Assembly: GCA_964413015.1 (NCBI GenBank)
Contig: CAYPQZ010000014.1
Span: 459 to 64,458, forward strand
Reading direction: 5' to 3'
From: an uncultured Candidatus Saccharibacteria bacterium
Lineage (GTDB): Bacteria > Patescibacteriota > Minisyncoccia > Portnoybacterales > UBA2143
DNA length: 64,000 nucleotides
The notes beneath the pieces are model-generated. The model saw only the letters and a program-made list of their open reading frames with translations. It was not told where the DNA came from and did no database searches. This document shows positions 1-9,279 of the stretch, piece after piece (position 1 is the first letter of the stretch; the number at the start of each line of letters is the position of its first letter). The translations under genes and the position numbers were made by a program.

Positions 1-3
1 GGT

Positions 4-459
4 ATGTTTGTTAAACAACAAGAGAAAAAAGAATACGAACAGAAATTACTTGACGTTGCTCGGGTTGTCAGGGTTATGGCTGGCGGCCGGCGCTTTAGAT
101 TCAGGGCAACGGTGGTTATTGGAAACCGGAAAGGCAAAGTTGGTTTAGGCGTGTCCAAGGGACAGGATATTAGCTTAGCTGTTGAAAAGGCCGTTCTGAA
201 TGCGGAAAAGAATATTATTCAGGTCAATTTGAATGAAGGAACAATCCCTCATGAATCAGAGGCAAAATTCGGCAGTGCCAAGGTTTTGCTTAAACCGGGC
301 GTTAAAGGTAAAGGAATTGTTGCCGGAGGCTCAGTTAGAATAGTCTGTGATTTAGCCGGGATAAGCAGTGTTTCAGGCAAGGCTTTAGGCAAGACTAAGA
401 ACAAACTAAATAATGCGCAAGCAACCATTAAGGCCCTGAAAAATTTAAAGACGAAATAG
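4..459 (+). CDS. rpsE: 30S ribosomal protein S5
   Basis: GGRRFRFRATVVIGNRKGKVGLGVSKG motif typical of S5. Start lies at the window edge and may be truncated. Confidence 0.9.
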   Translation: MFVKQQEKKEYEQKLLDVARVVRVMAGGRRFRFRATVVIGNRKGKVGLGVSKGQDISLAVEKAVLNAEKNIIQVNLNEGTIPHESEAKFGSAKVLLKPGVKGKGIVAGGSVRIVCDLAGISSVSGKALGKTKNKLNNAQATIKALKNLKTK

Positions 460-463
460 ATTT

Positions 464-940
464 ATGCAATTGCATCAATTGGGACCAACTCATTATAGGA
501 AATCTCGTAAACGTATTGGCCGTGGCGGTAAAAAAGGGACCTATTCCGGCCAAGGCATTAAGGGGCAGAAATCTCGTGCCGGGAAAAAACCACGACCGGG
601 CTTTGCCGGAGGAGACACTTCTTTAAGTATGCGTTTACCTAAAAAAAGAGGTGCTGTTGGCCGTCACAAAACTACCAAAACAAGGAAAGGAGTGCGTCTT
701 AACAGATTAAAACTTCAAGGCAAGCCGGTGATTCTTAATTTGGAAGATATTAAGCGAAAGTTTAAGAACGACGAGGTGGTCTCTCCCAAAAGTTTGTTAG
801 ACAAGAAATTGATTGGTAAAATAAAAGGGAGAATCCCCCGTGTAAAGATTTTAGGCAGGGGGGATATGCCTAAAAAATTAATCATTAAGGGTTGTCAGGT
901 ATCAAAGCAAGCTATGGAGAAAATTAAGAAAACGGTTTAG
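464..940 (+). CDS. rplO: 50S ribosomal protein L15
   Basis: N-terminus RKSRKRIGRGGKKGTYSGQG is typical of L15. It directly follows S5 with no L30 gene between them. Confidence 0.9.
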   Translation: MQLHQLGPTHYRKSRKRIGRGGKKGTYSGQGIKGQKSRAGKKPRPGFAGGDTSLSMRLPKKRGAVGRHKTTKTRKGVRLNRLKLQGKPVILNLEDIKRKFKNDEVVSPKSLLDKKLIGKIKGRIPRVKILGRGDMPKKLIIKGCQVSKQAMEKIKKTV

Positions 941-1011
941 TAGCTTGTATTTTGTATTTAATATTTCGTATGAAATACGAGATACTAGATATGAAACACG
1001 AAATTCGAAAC

Positions 1012-2292
1012 ATGTGGTTGGATAAAATAATTCAAATTTTTAAAATTAAGGACCTACGCAAGAAAATCTTCTTCGTATTGATGATTCTGGTTATTTTCCG
1101 AATAGCGGCTAATATTCCGGTTCCGGGAATTGATATTGAACGTTTAAAGCAGTTTTTTGCCAGTAACCAGCTGTTTGGCCTTTTAAATATTTTTACCGGC
1201 GGAGCTATGAGCAATCTGTCAATCATTATGTTAGGCCTGGGCCCGTTCATTACCGCCACGATTATCATGCAGCTGCTAACTATGATTTTCCCTCAACTGG
1301 AAGCTCTTTACAAAGAAGAAGGCGAGGCTGGCCGTCAGAAATTTAACCAGTACAGCCGCATTTTGACTGTTCCCTTAGCGATTCTTCAGTCCTATGGCAT
1401 GCTGACACTTTTAAGCCAGCAGGGTGTTCTGGCCTCTTTATCCTTAATGCAGTGGATTACCTCTATTTCAGTTATTACAGCTGGGGCGTTGTTTTTGATG
1501 TGGCTGGGTGAATTGATTTCTGAAAAAGGAATTGGTAACGGCGTTTCCTTGCTGATTTTTGCCGGAATTGTTTCCGGAGTGCCGATTTCAATAAGAGAAT
1601 TGGCAGTTACTTATGATGCTTCGAAAATCCCTTCGTATATAGCCTTTTTTGTTTTAGCCTTAATTATCACGGCTGGCGTGGTAGTAATTACCGAGGGACG
1701 GAGAAATATCCCGGTGTCTTACGCTAAACAGGTCCGGGGGCATCGGGTTTACGGAGGCGTTTCCACTTATCTTCCTCTGAATGTGAATCCAGCCGGAGTA
1801 ATTCCAATCATTTTTGCTCTGTCAATTATGCTTTTCCCTGGCATGGTCGCTAATTTCTTAAGTGCTTCAAGTATTGGCTGGCTGGCTGGTTTTGCTCAGA
1901 CAATTGGCAATCTTTTCCAGAATGCCTGGTTCTACGGAATCTGCTATTTTATTCTAGTAGTTCTCTTTACCTATTTTTATACTGCAGTCACTTTTGATCC
2001 TAAGAATGTGGCTAATAATTTGCAAAAAATGGGCGGTTTTGTCCCCGGAATTCGGCCGGGCAAATCTACTTCCGATTTCCTTTATTTTATTCTTAACCGG
2101 GTACTCCTTTTCGGCGCTATCTTTTTGGGAACAATCGCGGTTTTGCCTTCCATTGTCCAGGGAGCTACCGGGATAACTGCTTTTGGGTTTGCCATTGGCG
2201 GCACTGCCTTGCTAATTGTCGTTTCGGTTGTTTTGGAAACTATTCGTCAAATAAATTCTCAATTAACTATGAGGGATTACGATGAGTTATAA
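1012..2292 (+). CDS. secY: preprotein translocase subunit SecY
   Basis: 10-TM protein with SecY-like N-terminus (LRKKIFFVLMILVIFRIAANIPVPGI). The ORF-track start at 952 translates an intergenic repeat; the likely true start is the ATG at 1012. Confidence 0.88.
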   Translation: MWLDKIIQIFKIKDLRKKIFFVLMILVIFRIAANIPVPGIDIERLKQFFASNQLFGLLNIFTGGAMSNLSIIMLGLGPFITATIIMQLLTMIFPQLEALYKEEGEAGRQKFNQYSRILTVPLAILQSYGMLTLLSQQGVLASLSLMQWITSISVITAGALFLMWLGELISEKGIGNGVSLLIFAGIVSGVPISIRELAVTYDASKIPSYIAFFVLALIITAGVVVITEGRRNIPVSYAKQVRGHRVYGGVSTYLPLNVNPAGVIPIIFALSIMLFPGMVANFLSASSIGWLAGFAQTIGNLFQNAWFYGICYFILVVLFTYFYTAVTFDPKNVANNLQKMGGFVPGIRPGKSTSDFLYFILNRVLLFGAIFLGTIAVLPSIVQGATGITAFGFAIGGTALLIVVSVVLETIRQINSQLTMRDYDEL

Positions 2293-2956
2293 TATGCCTG
2301 GCAAAAAATCACAAATATTTATTCTGTTGGGCCGGTCTGGTTGCGGCAAAGGCACTCAGGCTAAGCTTTTATTGGAAAGCTTTAATTTAAGCTATTTAAG
2401 CAGCGGGGATTTGCTTAGGGAAAGATCCCAAGAAGGAGATTTTACCGGGGAAAAACTAAAGAAAGTAATGGATGGGGGTGATTTAGTTCCCACGCCGATT
2501 ATGTTTAGCGTCTGGGCGAAAAAGATAGAGGGACTAAAGCAGAAAGTTGACAAACAGGGTCTAGTTATTGATGGCAGCCCGCGCTCTCTGGGAGAGGCAA
2601 AATTAATGGACAGCGTTTTTAAATGGTATGAATGGAGTCAGGTAAAAATTTTCTTGCTGGATATTTCAGAAGAAGAGGCCCTTGGCCGGTTGACTAAGCG
2701 TCGGATTTGTAAAAAATGCGGCCGGTTAATTCCCTGGGTGGGCGAGTTTAAAAAACTGAAAAAATGCGATAAATGCGGAGGCGAACTGGAAACTCGTTTT
2801 GACGACAAACCCAAAGCGATAAAGGCCCGTCTAGATTTTTACAATAAGGATGTTCAGCCAGCAGTTGACTATTACCAGAAACAAGGGCGGCTGATGAAAA
2901 TTGACGGCGAACAGTCAATAGACGATGTTTACAAGGAGATTAAGAAATGGTGTTAA
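2282..2956 (+). CDS. adk: adenylate kinase with zinc-binding lid
   Basis: P-loop GRSGCGKGTQA plus lid cysteines CKKCGR...CDKCGG. Confidence 0.9.
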   Translation: MSYNMPGKKSQIFILLGRSGCGKGTQAKLLLESFNLSYLSSGDLLRERSQEGDFTGEKLKKVMDGGDLVPTPIMFSVWAKKIEGLKQKVDKQGLVIDGSPRSLGEAKLMDSVFKWYEWSQVKIFLLDISEEEALGRLTKRRICKKCGRLIPWVGEFKKLKKCDKCGGELETRFDDKPKAIKARLDFYNKDVQPAVDYYQKQGRLMKIDGEQSIDDVYKEIKKWC

Positions 2957-3690
2957 TAAAAACTCCGGAGCAAATTGAGATTATGGCTCAAGCTGGCCAG
3001 ATTCTGTCTCGAGTTATTAAGGAATTAAAAAATAGAGTTGAACCCGGAATAACCACTCAAAGCTTGGATAAGCTCGCTGAAGAGCTTATTTTAAATTCCA
3101 ACGCCCGGCCTGCTTTTAAGAATTACAAAGGATTTCCAGCCGCTTTATGCGCTTCAATCAACGAACAAATTGTCCATGGAGTACCCTCGCAGAGAACCTT
3201 AAAAGAGGGCGATATTTTAAGTTTAGACTTAGGGGTAACTTACAAAGGATTTTGCTCAGATATGGCCGTGACTGTGCCGGTAGGGGCGATTTCTCCAGAA
3301 GTTGGCCGTTTGCTTAGGGTAACCAAAAAATCGCTTAAAAGGGCCATCCATAGGGCTAAGCCGGGGAAGACTCTGGGCGATATCGGTCAAGCGATTCAAA
3401 CATATATTGAATCTCAGGGTTTTCAGGTAGTTAAAGAACTGTGCGGACATGGAATTGGCCAGCAAGTTCACGAAGACCCGGAAGTGCTTAATTTCGGACA
3501 GCGTCATAAGGGACTGGAATTGAAAGCAGGCATGGTAATCGCTATTGAACCGATGGCGGTTATGGGCCATCCGGGAATAAAAAAAGGCCCAGACGGGTCT
3601 TGCTACCAGACAGCTGACAACAGCTTGTCAGCTCATTTTGAACATACGGTGGCTGTGACTGATAAAGGACCGAGAGTTTTAACGGAATAA
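2947..3690 (+). CDS. map: methionine aminopeptidase type I
   Basis: MetAP fold with metal-binding residues (D..D..H..E..E pattern). Sits in the conserved position after adk. Confidence 0.88.
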   Translation: MVLIKTPEQIEIMAQAGQILSRVIKELKNRVEPGITTQSLDKLAEELILNSNARPAFKNYKGFPAALCASINEQIVHGVPSQRTLKEGDILSLDLGVTYKGFCSDMAVTVPVGAISPEVGRLLRVTKKSLKRAIHRAKPGKTLGDIGQAIQTYIESQGFQVVKELCGHGIGQQVHEDPEVLNFGQRHKGLELKAGMVIAIEPMAVMGHPGIKKGPDGSCYQTADNSLSAHFEHTVAVTDKGPRVLTE

Positions 3691-3697
3691 TATAAAA

Positions 3698-3734
3698 ACA
3701 GTCTTAATTAGAAAATTTAAGAATTGTCCTTTTA
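3698..3734. repeat. degenerate copy of the GGACNGTCC/TTAAGGA palindromic repeat family
   Basis: acagtcttaatt...aatttaagaattgtcctttta in the convergent spacer between map and thrS. Confidence 0.4.
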
Positions 3735-3739
3735 TCTTT

Positions 3740-5512
3740 CTATTTCTTCTTCTCGATTTCTTCCTTAATTTTCTCAACAAACTTATTTATTTTCATGGGG
3801 CCTAAATCGCCCTTTTTTCTATCTCTAACGGCAACTGATTTAGCTTTTTGTTCTTTCCCGCCGACTACCAAGAGATAGGGAATTTTTTGAAGCTCTCCCT
3901 CCCTAATTTTCTTGCTTAGAGTTTCGTTATGGTCGCTTAATTCAACCCGGATATCTTCATCTTTCAACTGTTTTTCAATTTGTTGGGCGTATCGGTTGAA
4001 TTTCTGGCTAACCGGGATAATCTGTGCTTGAACCGGAGATAGCCAAACCGGCAGAGCGCCGCCGTGATGTTCCAACAAACATCCTAAAAATCGAGTATCG
4101 GTAGCTCCCAAAACAGTCCGGTGAATCATGATTGGCTGTTGTTTTTTACTTTGGCTATCAATATAGCTTAAATTGAATTTCTCTGGGAAATTGAAATCAA
4201 CCTGGATGGTTGGTCCCTGCCAACCACGTCCCAGGGCGTCAATCAGTTTAATATCAATCTTTGGCCCGTAAAACACAGCTTCTCCTTCAGCCCGATGGTA
4301 TTTCAGTTTCTTTTTTTCCAGAGCATAGACCAAAGCTTGTTCCGCTTTTTCCCAGATTTTGTCGCTTCCCAGGTAATCCTTTTTTTTGCCCTTAGGATCG
4401 CGAACCGCTAATTCAAATTCATATTTTTTAAAGCCAAAGGTTTTCAGCATAAAAAGAGCCAAATTAAGAACTCCCAAGACTTCTTGCCCTACCTGGTCAG
4501 GCCGGCAGAATATATGGGCGTCGTCTTGAGTGAATCCACGCACTCTTAGAAGTCCATGGAGCACGCCGGCTTTTTCATAACGGTAAACGGTGCCTAATTC
4601 GCAATACCGGATAGGTAATTCTTTATAAGAACGAATTTGCGATTGGTAAATTTGAACGTGGAAAGGGCAATTCATTGGCTTTAGCAAATATTGGTTTTCT
4701 TCGATTTCCATTGGTGAATAAAGGTTTTCTCTGTAAAACTGCCAATGGCCGGATTTTTTCCAGAGGTCTAATTTACCGATATGAGGGCTGGAAACATATT
4801 GATAGCCCTTTTTTTGATGTTCTTTTTTCCAGAATTTTTCAATTTCCTCTCTAATGGTAGCTCCTTTTGGCTTGAGAATAACCAGACCTGGACCAACTTC
4901 TTCGGAAATCATGTAAAGATTCATCATCCGGTTTAAATTCCGATGGTCTCTTTTTTCGGCTTCAGTTTGCTGTTTCAAATATTCATTTAGCTCTTTTTTG
5001 CTCTTAAAGGCGACTCCGTAAATCCGCTGGAGCATTTTATTCTTCTCATCGCCCTTCCAGTAAGCGCCGGCAATTTTAGTTAATTTAAAAGCTTCAGAAT
5101 CAATTTCTTTGGTTGATTGGACATGCGGACCGCGGCATAAATCAGTGAAATCGCCAGTTTGGTAAATAGTTACTTTTTTAGCATTCTCATTTTTTTGTAA
5201 ATCCCTAATCAATTCAATTTTATAGGGCTGTTTTAATTTTTTAAATAAATCTAGAGCTTCTTTAATAGTTAATTCTTTTTTTTCAAAGGACAGACCCTGC
5301 TTAATCAGTTCCCGCATCTTCTTCTCTATTTTAGGCAAGTCTTCAAGAGTCAATGAGCGTTTTAAATCAAGATCGTAATAGAAACCGTTTTCAATAACTG
5401 GCCCAATGCCAAACTTGGCTTCTGAATGAAGTTGTTGAATAACAGTCGCCAAAACGTGAGAAGTTGAATGGCGAATAATTTCAATGCTAATTTTATCAGA
5501 ATTTATGCTCAT
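3740..5512 (-). CDS. thrS: threonyl-tRNA synthetase
   Basis: Class II aaRS motifs (MNCPFHVQIY..., RVRGFTQDDAHIF) and a C-terminal anticodon-binding domain. Confidence 0.9.
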   Translation of the reverse strand: MSINSDKISIEIIRHSTSHVLATVIQQLHSEAKFGIGPVIENGFYYDLDLKRSLTLEDLPKIEKKMRELIKQGLSFEKKELTIKEALDLFKKLKQPYKIELIRDLQKNENAKKVTIYQTGDFTDLCRGPHVQSTKEIDSEAFKLTKIAGAYWKGDEKNKMLQRIYGVAFKSKKELNEYLKQQTEAEKRDHRNLNRMMNLYMISEEVGPGLVILKPKGATIREEIEKFWKKEHQKKGYQYVSSPHIGKLDLWKKSGHWQFYRENLYSPMEIEENQYLLKPMNCPFHVQIYQSQIRSYKELPIRYCELGTVYRYEKAGVLHGLLRVRGFTQDDAHIFCRPDQVGQEVLGVLNLALFMLKTFGFKKYEFELAVRDPKGKKKDYLGSDKIWEKAEQALVYALEKKKLKYHRAEGEAVFYGPKIDIKLIDALGRGWQGPTIQVDFNFPEKFNLSYIDSQSKKQQPIMIHRTVLGATDTRFLGCLLEHHGGALPVWLSPVQAQIIPVSQKFNRYAQQIEKQLKDEDIRVELSDHNETLSKKIREGELQKIPYLLVVGGKEQKAKSVAVRDRKKGDLGPMKINKFVEKIKEEIEKKK

Positions 5513-8500
5513 TATTCCAATACTTTAACACCGTCGCAGATTATTTTCAAGTCGTCGTCGCGGTCGCTGATTCTCCCGCTGACTAAAACAACTTTTTCTT
5601 CCTGCCAGGCCATAGAAGTTTGTTCAAGAGTATTTGGGAAAACCAGCACTTCTATCCGGCCGGTGGTATCTTCTATTTCAACGAAAAGCATCGGCTTCCC
5701 GGTTCGAGTATTAATTTTTTTAATTTTGTTGATAAATCCGCCTATTTTAACTTGGTGATTTGGTTGATTCTTATAAAGATTTTTACAAGAAGTAACTGTT
5801 TTAGCTAATTGTCTTTCGTAGTTTCTGAAAGGATGTTCTGAAACATAAAGGCCTAGCAATTCCTTTTCCCAGCTAAGCATTTCTTTCTTGCCAGTCGGCA
5901 AGACCTCCGGCAGCTTGAAAGAAGATACTTTAACGTTTGGCTGTCCGGCAAACAGACTGGCTTGCCCATTTTCTTTAGCTCGTTGGCTCTCTCTGGATAA
6001 ATTGAGAATTTGTTCCATAACGGATAGAATTTGATTTCTTTCTCCGAATGAATCTAATGCTCCGCATTTAGTTAAGCTTTCTAAAGATTTCTTGTTTAGG
6101 TCTCTGGAGTTAACCCTTTCAATAAAATCGGTCATTGATTTGAAATGGCCATTGGTTTTTCTTTCCTGGACAATGTTTTCTACAATGTTATGCCCGACGT
6201 TTTTTATCGCATTAAGGCCGAACCGGATTACCTTCTCGTTTGCCCGGCTGAAATCCTGGCTGCTTTCATTGATGTCGGGAGGCAGGACTTTCATTCCCAT
6301 TTGCTGGCACTCATTGACCAGAAAAGCAATCCGTTCAATATCGTCCTGCTCCGAGGTCATTAAGGCAGCCATGAATTCAGTAGGAAAACGCGCCTTAAGA
6401 TAGGCGGTCTGGTATCCTATTAAGGCGTAACAAGTGGCGTGGCTGGCGTTAAAGCCGTATTGAGCAAAAGGTTCAATAGTTTTCCATATTCTTTTTGCGG
6501 TTTTGGCTTCAATCTGGTTACTGATCATCCCTTGAATCATTTTTTCCTTTTGTTCATCCAATAGTTTTTTAATCTTTTTCCCAACTGCTTTTCTAAGGAC
6601 ATCGGCTTCTGAAAGGGTAAATCCAGCTAGGTCTTGAGCAATCCGCATCAGCTGTTCCTGATAAACACAAATACCGTAGGTGTTTTCTAAAATTGGCTTA
6701 AGCAAGGGATGGGAATAAGTGATTTTTTTATGGCCATGTTTGCGAGCGATAAATTCGGGGATAAATTCCATTGGCCCAGGCCGGTATAAAGCGACCATGG
6801 CTATAATATCGGCAAACTGGCTTGGCTCAAGCTGTTTCAGGTATCTTTTCATGCCTGATGATTCAAGCTGGAAGACGCCGGTAGTATTAGCCTTTTTGAA
6901 TAAATCAAATGTTTCCTGGTCATCTAAAGGAATATTCTCTAAATTAATCTTTTGTTGACTATGTTCCTCTACCTGATTAAGCGTATTCTGAATAACCGTT
7001 AGAGTCTTAAGCCCAAGAAAGTCCATTTTCAAAAGCCCTAAATCTTCAATTGAATGCATTTCATACTGAGTGACGATTGATTGGTCATTTTGGGTTGAAA
7101 ACTGGCAGGGAACCATTTCGCTCAAGGGTTCCTTAGTAATCACTACTCCGCAGGCATGAGTGGAAGCGTGCCGGACAACTCCCTCCAATTTCATAGACAT
7201 ATCAATTAGCCGCTTGGTATTTTCGTCTGATTCATAATTGCTATGCAGTTCCTGAGATTCATAAATGGCTTTTTCCAAATTTGAACCAAAGGGGATCATT
7301 TTGGCTATTTGGTCGCAAAAGTTATAGGAATAATCAAGCGTTCGGCCAACGTCACGGACTGCGGCCCGAGCAGCCATAGTCCCAAAAGTAATGATTTGGG
7401 CAACGTGCCTCCGACCATATTTTTTGGCTACGTATTCGATTACTTCATCGCGTCGGTCATCGGCAAAATCCAGGTCAATATCAGGCATAGAAATCCGTTC
7501 GGGATTTAAAAATCGTTCAAAAAGAAGATTGTATTTGAGCGGGTTAACGGCGGTTATTCCGATAAGATATGAGATAATTGAACCGGCAGCGCTGCCGCGG
7601 CCTGGTCCACAAACAATATTTTGAGATTTAGCCCAATTGACAAAATCTTGGACAATTAAAAAATAGGAAGCAAAACCGGTTTTTTTAATAACTCCTAATT
7701 CGTAATCTATGCGTTCCAGGACTTCGTTTAAAGGCGCTTCAAACTTTTTCTCCTCAAGGCCCTTTTCGCATAATTCTTTTAGGTATCCTTCGGGTGTTTG
7801 TTCTTTAGGGACTTTGAAATAAGGTAATTGAATTTTGCCTAGTTCAAATTCAAAGTCGCATTGGCTGACAATTCTCTGGGTATTCTCAATCGCTTCCGGA
7901 ACATCTTTAAAGTCTTTAATCATTTGTTCCATTGGCCTAAGCGAAAAATCGTCCGCTCTCATGGTTAAGCGGTCCTGATCATCCAGCCGCTTGTCGGTTT
8001 GAATTCCCATTAAAACGTCTTGAGCTTCAGCATCTTCTGGTTTGACATAATGGACATCATTGGTGGCGATTAAGGGAATTTTATTCTTATGAGCAATTTT
8101 AATTAAGGTATCATTAACTTGTTTTTGGTGAGTTAACCCCGGATGATGCTGTATTTCCAGATAAAAGTTGCCTTTGCCGAAAATATCCTGGTATTCCAAG
8201 GCTAATTCTTCAGCTTTTTTTGTTTTCCCGTTAATAATCGCTTGAGGAATTTCGCCGGCCAAACAAGCCGATGAACCAATCAATCCGTTAGCATGCTCTC
8301 TCAGCAATTCTTTATCAATTCGCGGTTTGTAATAGAATCCTTCTAAATGAGCCTTAGTGGTCAGTCTGACTAAATTCCGATATCCTTCCTTGTTTTTAAC
8401 TAAAAGAACTAAATGGTAGCGCTTATTATCAATGTTCGGCCTTTTTTGGCGCCGGCTTTCAAAAGCCACGTAGGCCTCACATCCAATAATCGGCCGAAGG

Positions 8501-8673
8501 CCTCTTTTTTTGGCCTTTTGATAAAACTCAACCACTCCGTACATATTACCGTGGTCGGTTAGGGCAATTGAAGGCATTTTTAATTCCTGGCAGGCGTCCA
8601 AAAGCTGGTCTATTTTAGCCAGTCCGTCCAGCAGGGAATAGTGCGAGTGAACGTGTAAATGAGTAAATTTCAT
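5512..8673 (-). CDS. dnaE: DNA polymerase III alpha subunit
   Basis: N-terminal PHP domain (HLHVHSHYSLLDG), polymerase core and OB fold; 1053 aa. Confidence 0.9.
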   Translation of the reverse strand: MKFTHLHVHSHYSLLDGLAKIDQLLDACQELKMPSIALTDHGNMYGVVEFYQKAKKRGLRPIIGCEAYVAFESRRQKRPNIDNKRYHLVLLVKNKEGYRNLVRLTTKAHLEGFYYKPRIDKELLREHANGLIGSSACLAGEIPQAIINGKTKKAEELALEYQDIFGKGNFYLEIQHHPGLTHQKQVNDTLIKIAHKNKIPLIATNDVHYVKPEDAEAQDVLMGIQTDKRLDDQDRLTMRADDFSLRPMEQMIKDFKDVPEAIENTQRIVSQCDFEFELGKIQLPYFKVPKEQTPEGYLKELCEKGLEEKKFEAPLNEVLERIDYELGVIKKTGFASYFLIVQDFVNWAKSQNIVCGPGRGSAAGSIISYLIGITAVNPLKYNLLFERFLNPERISMPDIDLDFADDRRDEVIEYVAKKYGRRHVAQIITFGTMAARAAVRDVGRTLDYSYNFCDQIAKMIPFGSNLEKAIYESQELHSNYESDENTKRLIDMSMKLEGVVRHASTHACGVVITKEPLSEMVPCQFSTQNDQSIVTQYEMHSIEDLGLLKMDFLGLKTLTVIQNTLNQVEEHSQQKINLENIPLDDQETFDLFKKANTTGVFQLESSGMKRYLKQLEPSQFADIIAMVALYRPGPMEFIPEFIARKHGHKKITYSHPLLKPILENTYGICVYQEQLMRIAQDLAGFTLSEADVLRKAVGKKIKKLLDEQKEKMIQGMISNQIEAKTAKRIWKTIEPFAQYGFNASHATCYALIGYQTAYLKARFPTEFMAALMTSEQDDIERIAFLVNECQQMGMKVLPPDINESSQDFSRANEKVIRFGLNAIKNVGHNIVENIVQERKTNGHFKSMTDFIERVNSRDLNKKSLESLTKCGALDSFGERNQILSVMEQILNLSRESQRAKENGQASLFAGQPNVKVSSFKLPEVLPTGKKEMLSWEKELLGLYVSEHPFRNYERQLAKTVTSCKNLYKNQPNHQVKIGGFINKIKKINTRTGKPMLFVEIEDTTGRIEVLVFPNTLEQTSMAWQEEKVVLVSGRISDRDDDLKIICDGVKVLE

Positions 8674-8759
8674 GGTTTCAGTATATCACTTTCCCTCCTC
8701 TTGGCAAATTATCCACATAGGCTCTTTGATTAATTGGAGATTTGATTTATAATTAAATT

Positions 8760-9182
8760 ATGATTGGTTTTCAGAAAGCCGCTGTTCTATTCAGCATATT
8801 TTTCCTCTTTTTATTAGGGGCTAATTTGGCTTACGCGATTGGGTTTGAAGGTCCCATAGTTCCTTGCGGCACTGAATCTAATCCGGAAAATTGTACTCTT
8901 TGTCATTTATGGGAGTTAATCAGCAATATTATTAATTTCATTACCTTAAATTTGGCTTTACCGGTAGCGGCTGTTCTATTTATTGTTGCCGGTATTATTT
9001 TTATAGTTGCGGGCGATAATGAAGAAAAAATTAATTTAGCAAAAACGATTTTCAAAAATACGGTTATTGGGTTGGTTATTATCTTCTGCAGTTGGCTGTT
9101 AGTTGACACTTTGGTTAAAACAATTGCCGGCAATTTGCAAAAAATTATTGGCGCCTGGAATGATTTTCCTAAATGCGATTAG
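8760..9182 (+). CDS. small secreted two-TM protein with paired Cys, possibly a VirB2/TrbC-like pilin
   Basis: Signal peptide, CGT...C..C segment, two hydrophobic helices. Followed by an intrinsic terminator. Family assignment is tentative. Confidence 0.5.
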   Translation: MIGFQKAAVLFSIFFLFLLGANLAYAIGFEGPIVPCGTESNPENCTLCHLWELISNIINFITLNLALPVAAVLFIVAGIIFIVAGDNEEKINLAKTIFKNTVIGLVIIFCSWLLVDTLVKTIAGNLQKIIGAWNDFPKCD

Positions 9183-9206
9183 TGTTAAAAATAAAGAGTG
9201 TTAATC

Positions 9207-9240
9207 AACCGTTAAACCTGTTTGTTTGACGGTTTTTATT
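9207..9240 (+). terminator. rho-independent terminator
   Basis: aaccgttaaac-ctg-tttgtttgacggtt forms an 11-bp stem (with G-U pairs) followed by tttta. Confidence 0.55.
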
Positions 9241-9279
9241 TCTTCTTGAAAATGCGTTTTTGTGCGGTATAATGAAGCC

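Noticed and set aside
3256-3570. 104-aa antisense ORF within map, and similar antisense ORFs within secY, dnaE, ligA, gatA, pheT, gyrB and others
   Set aside because: All are embedded antisense within strongly supported conserved genes and lack independent signals.
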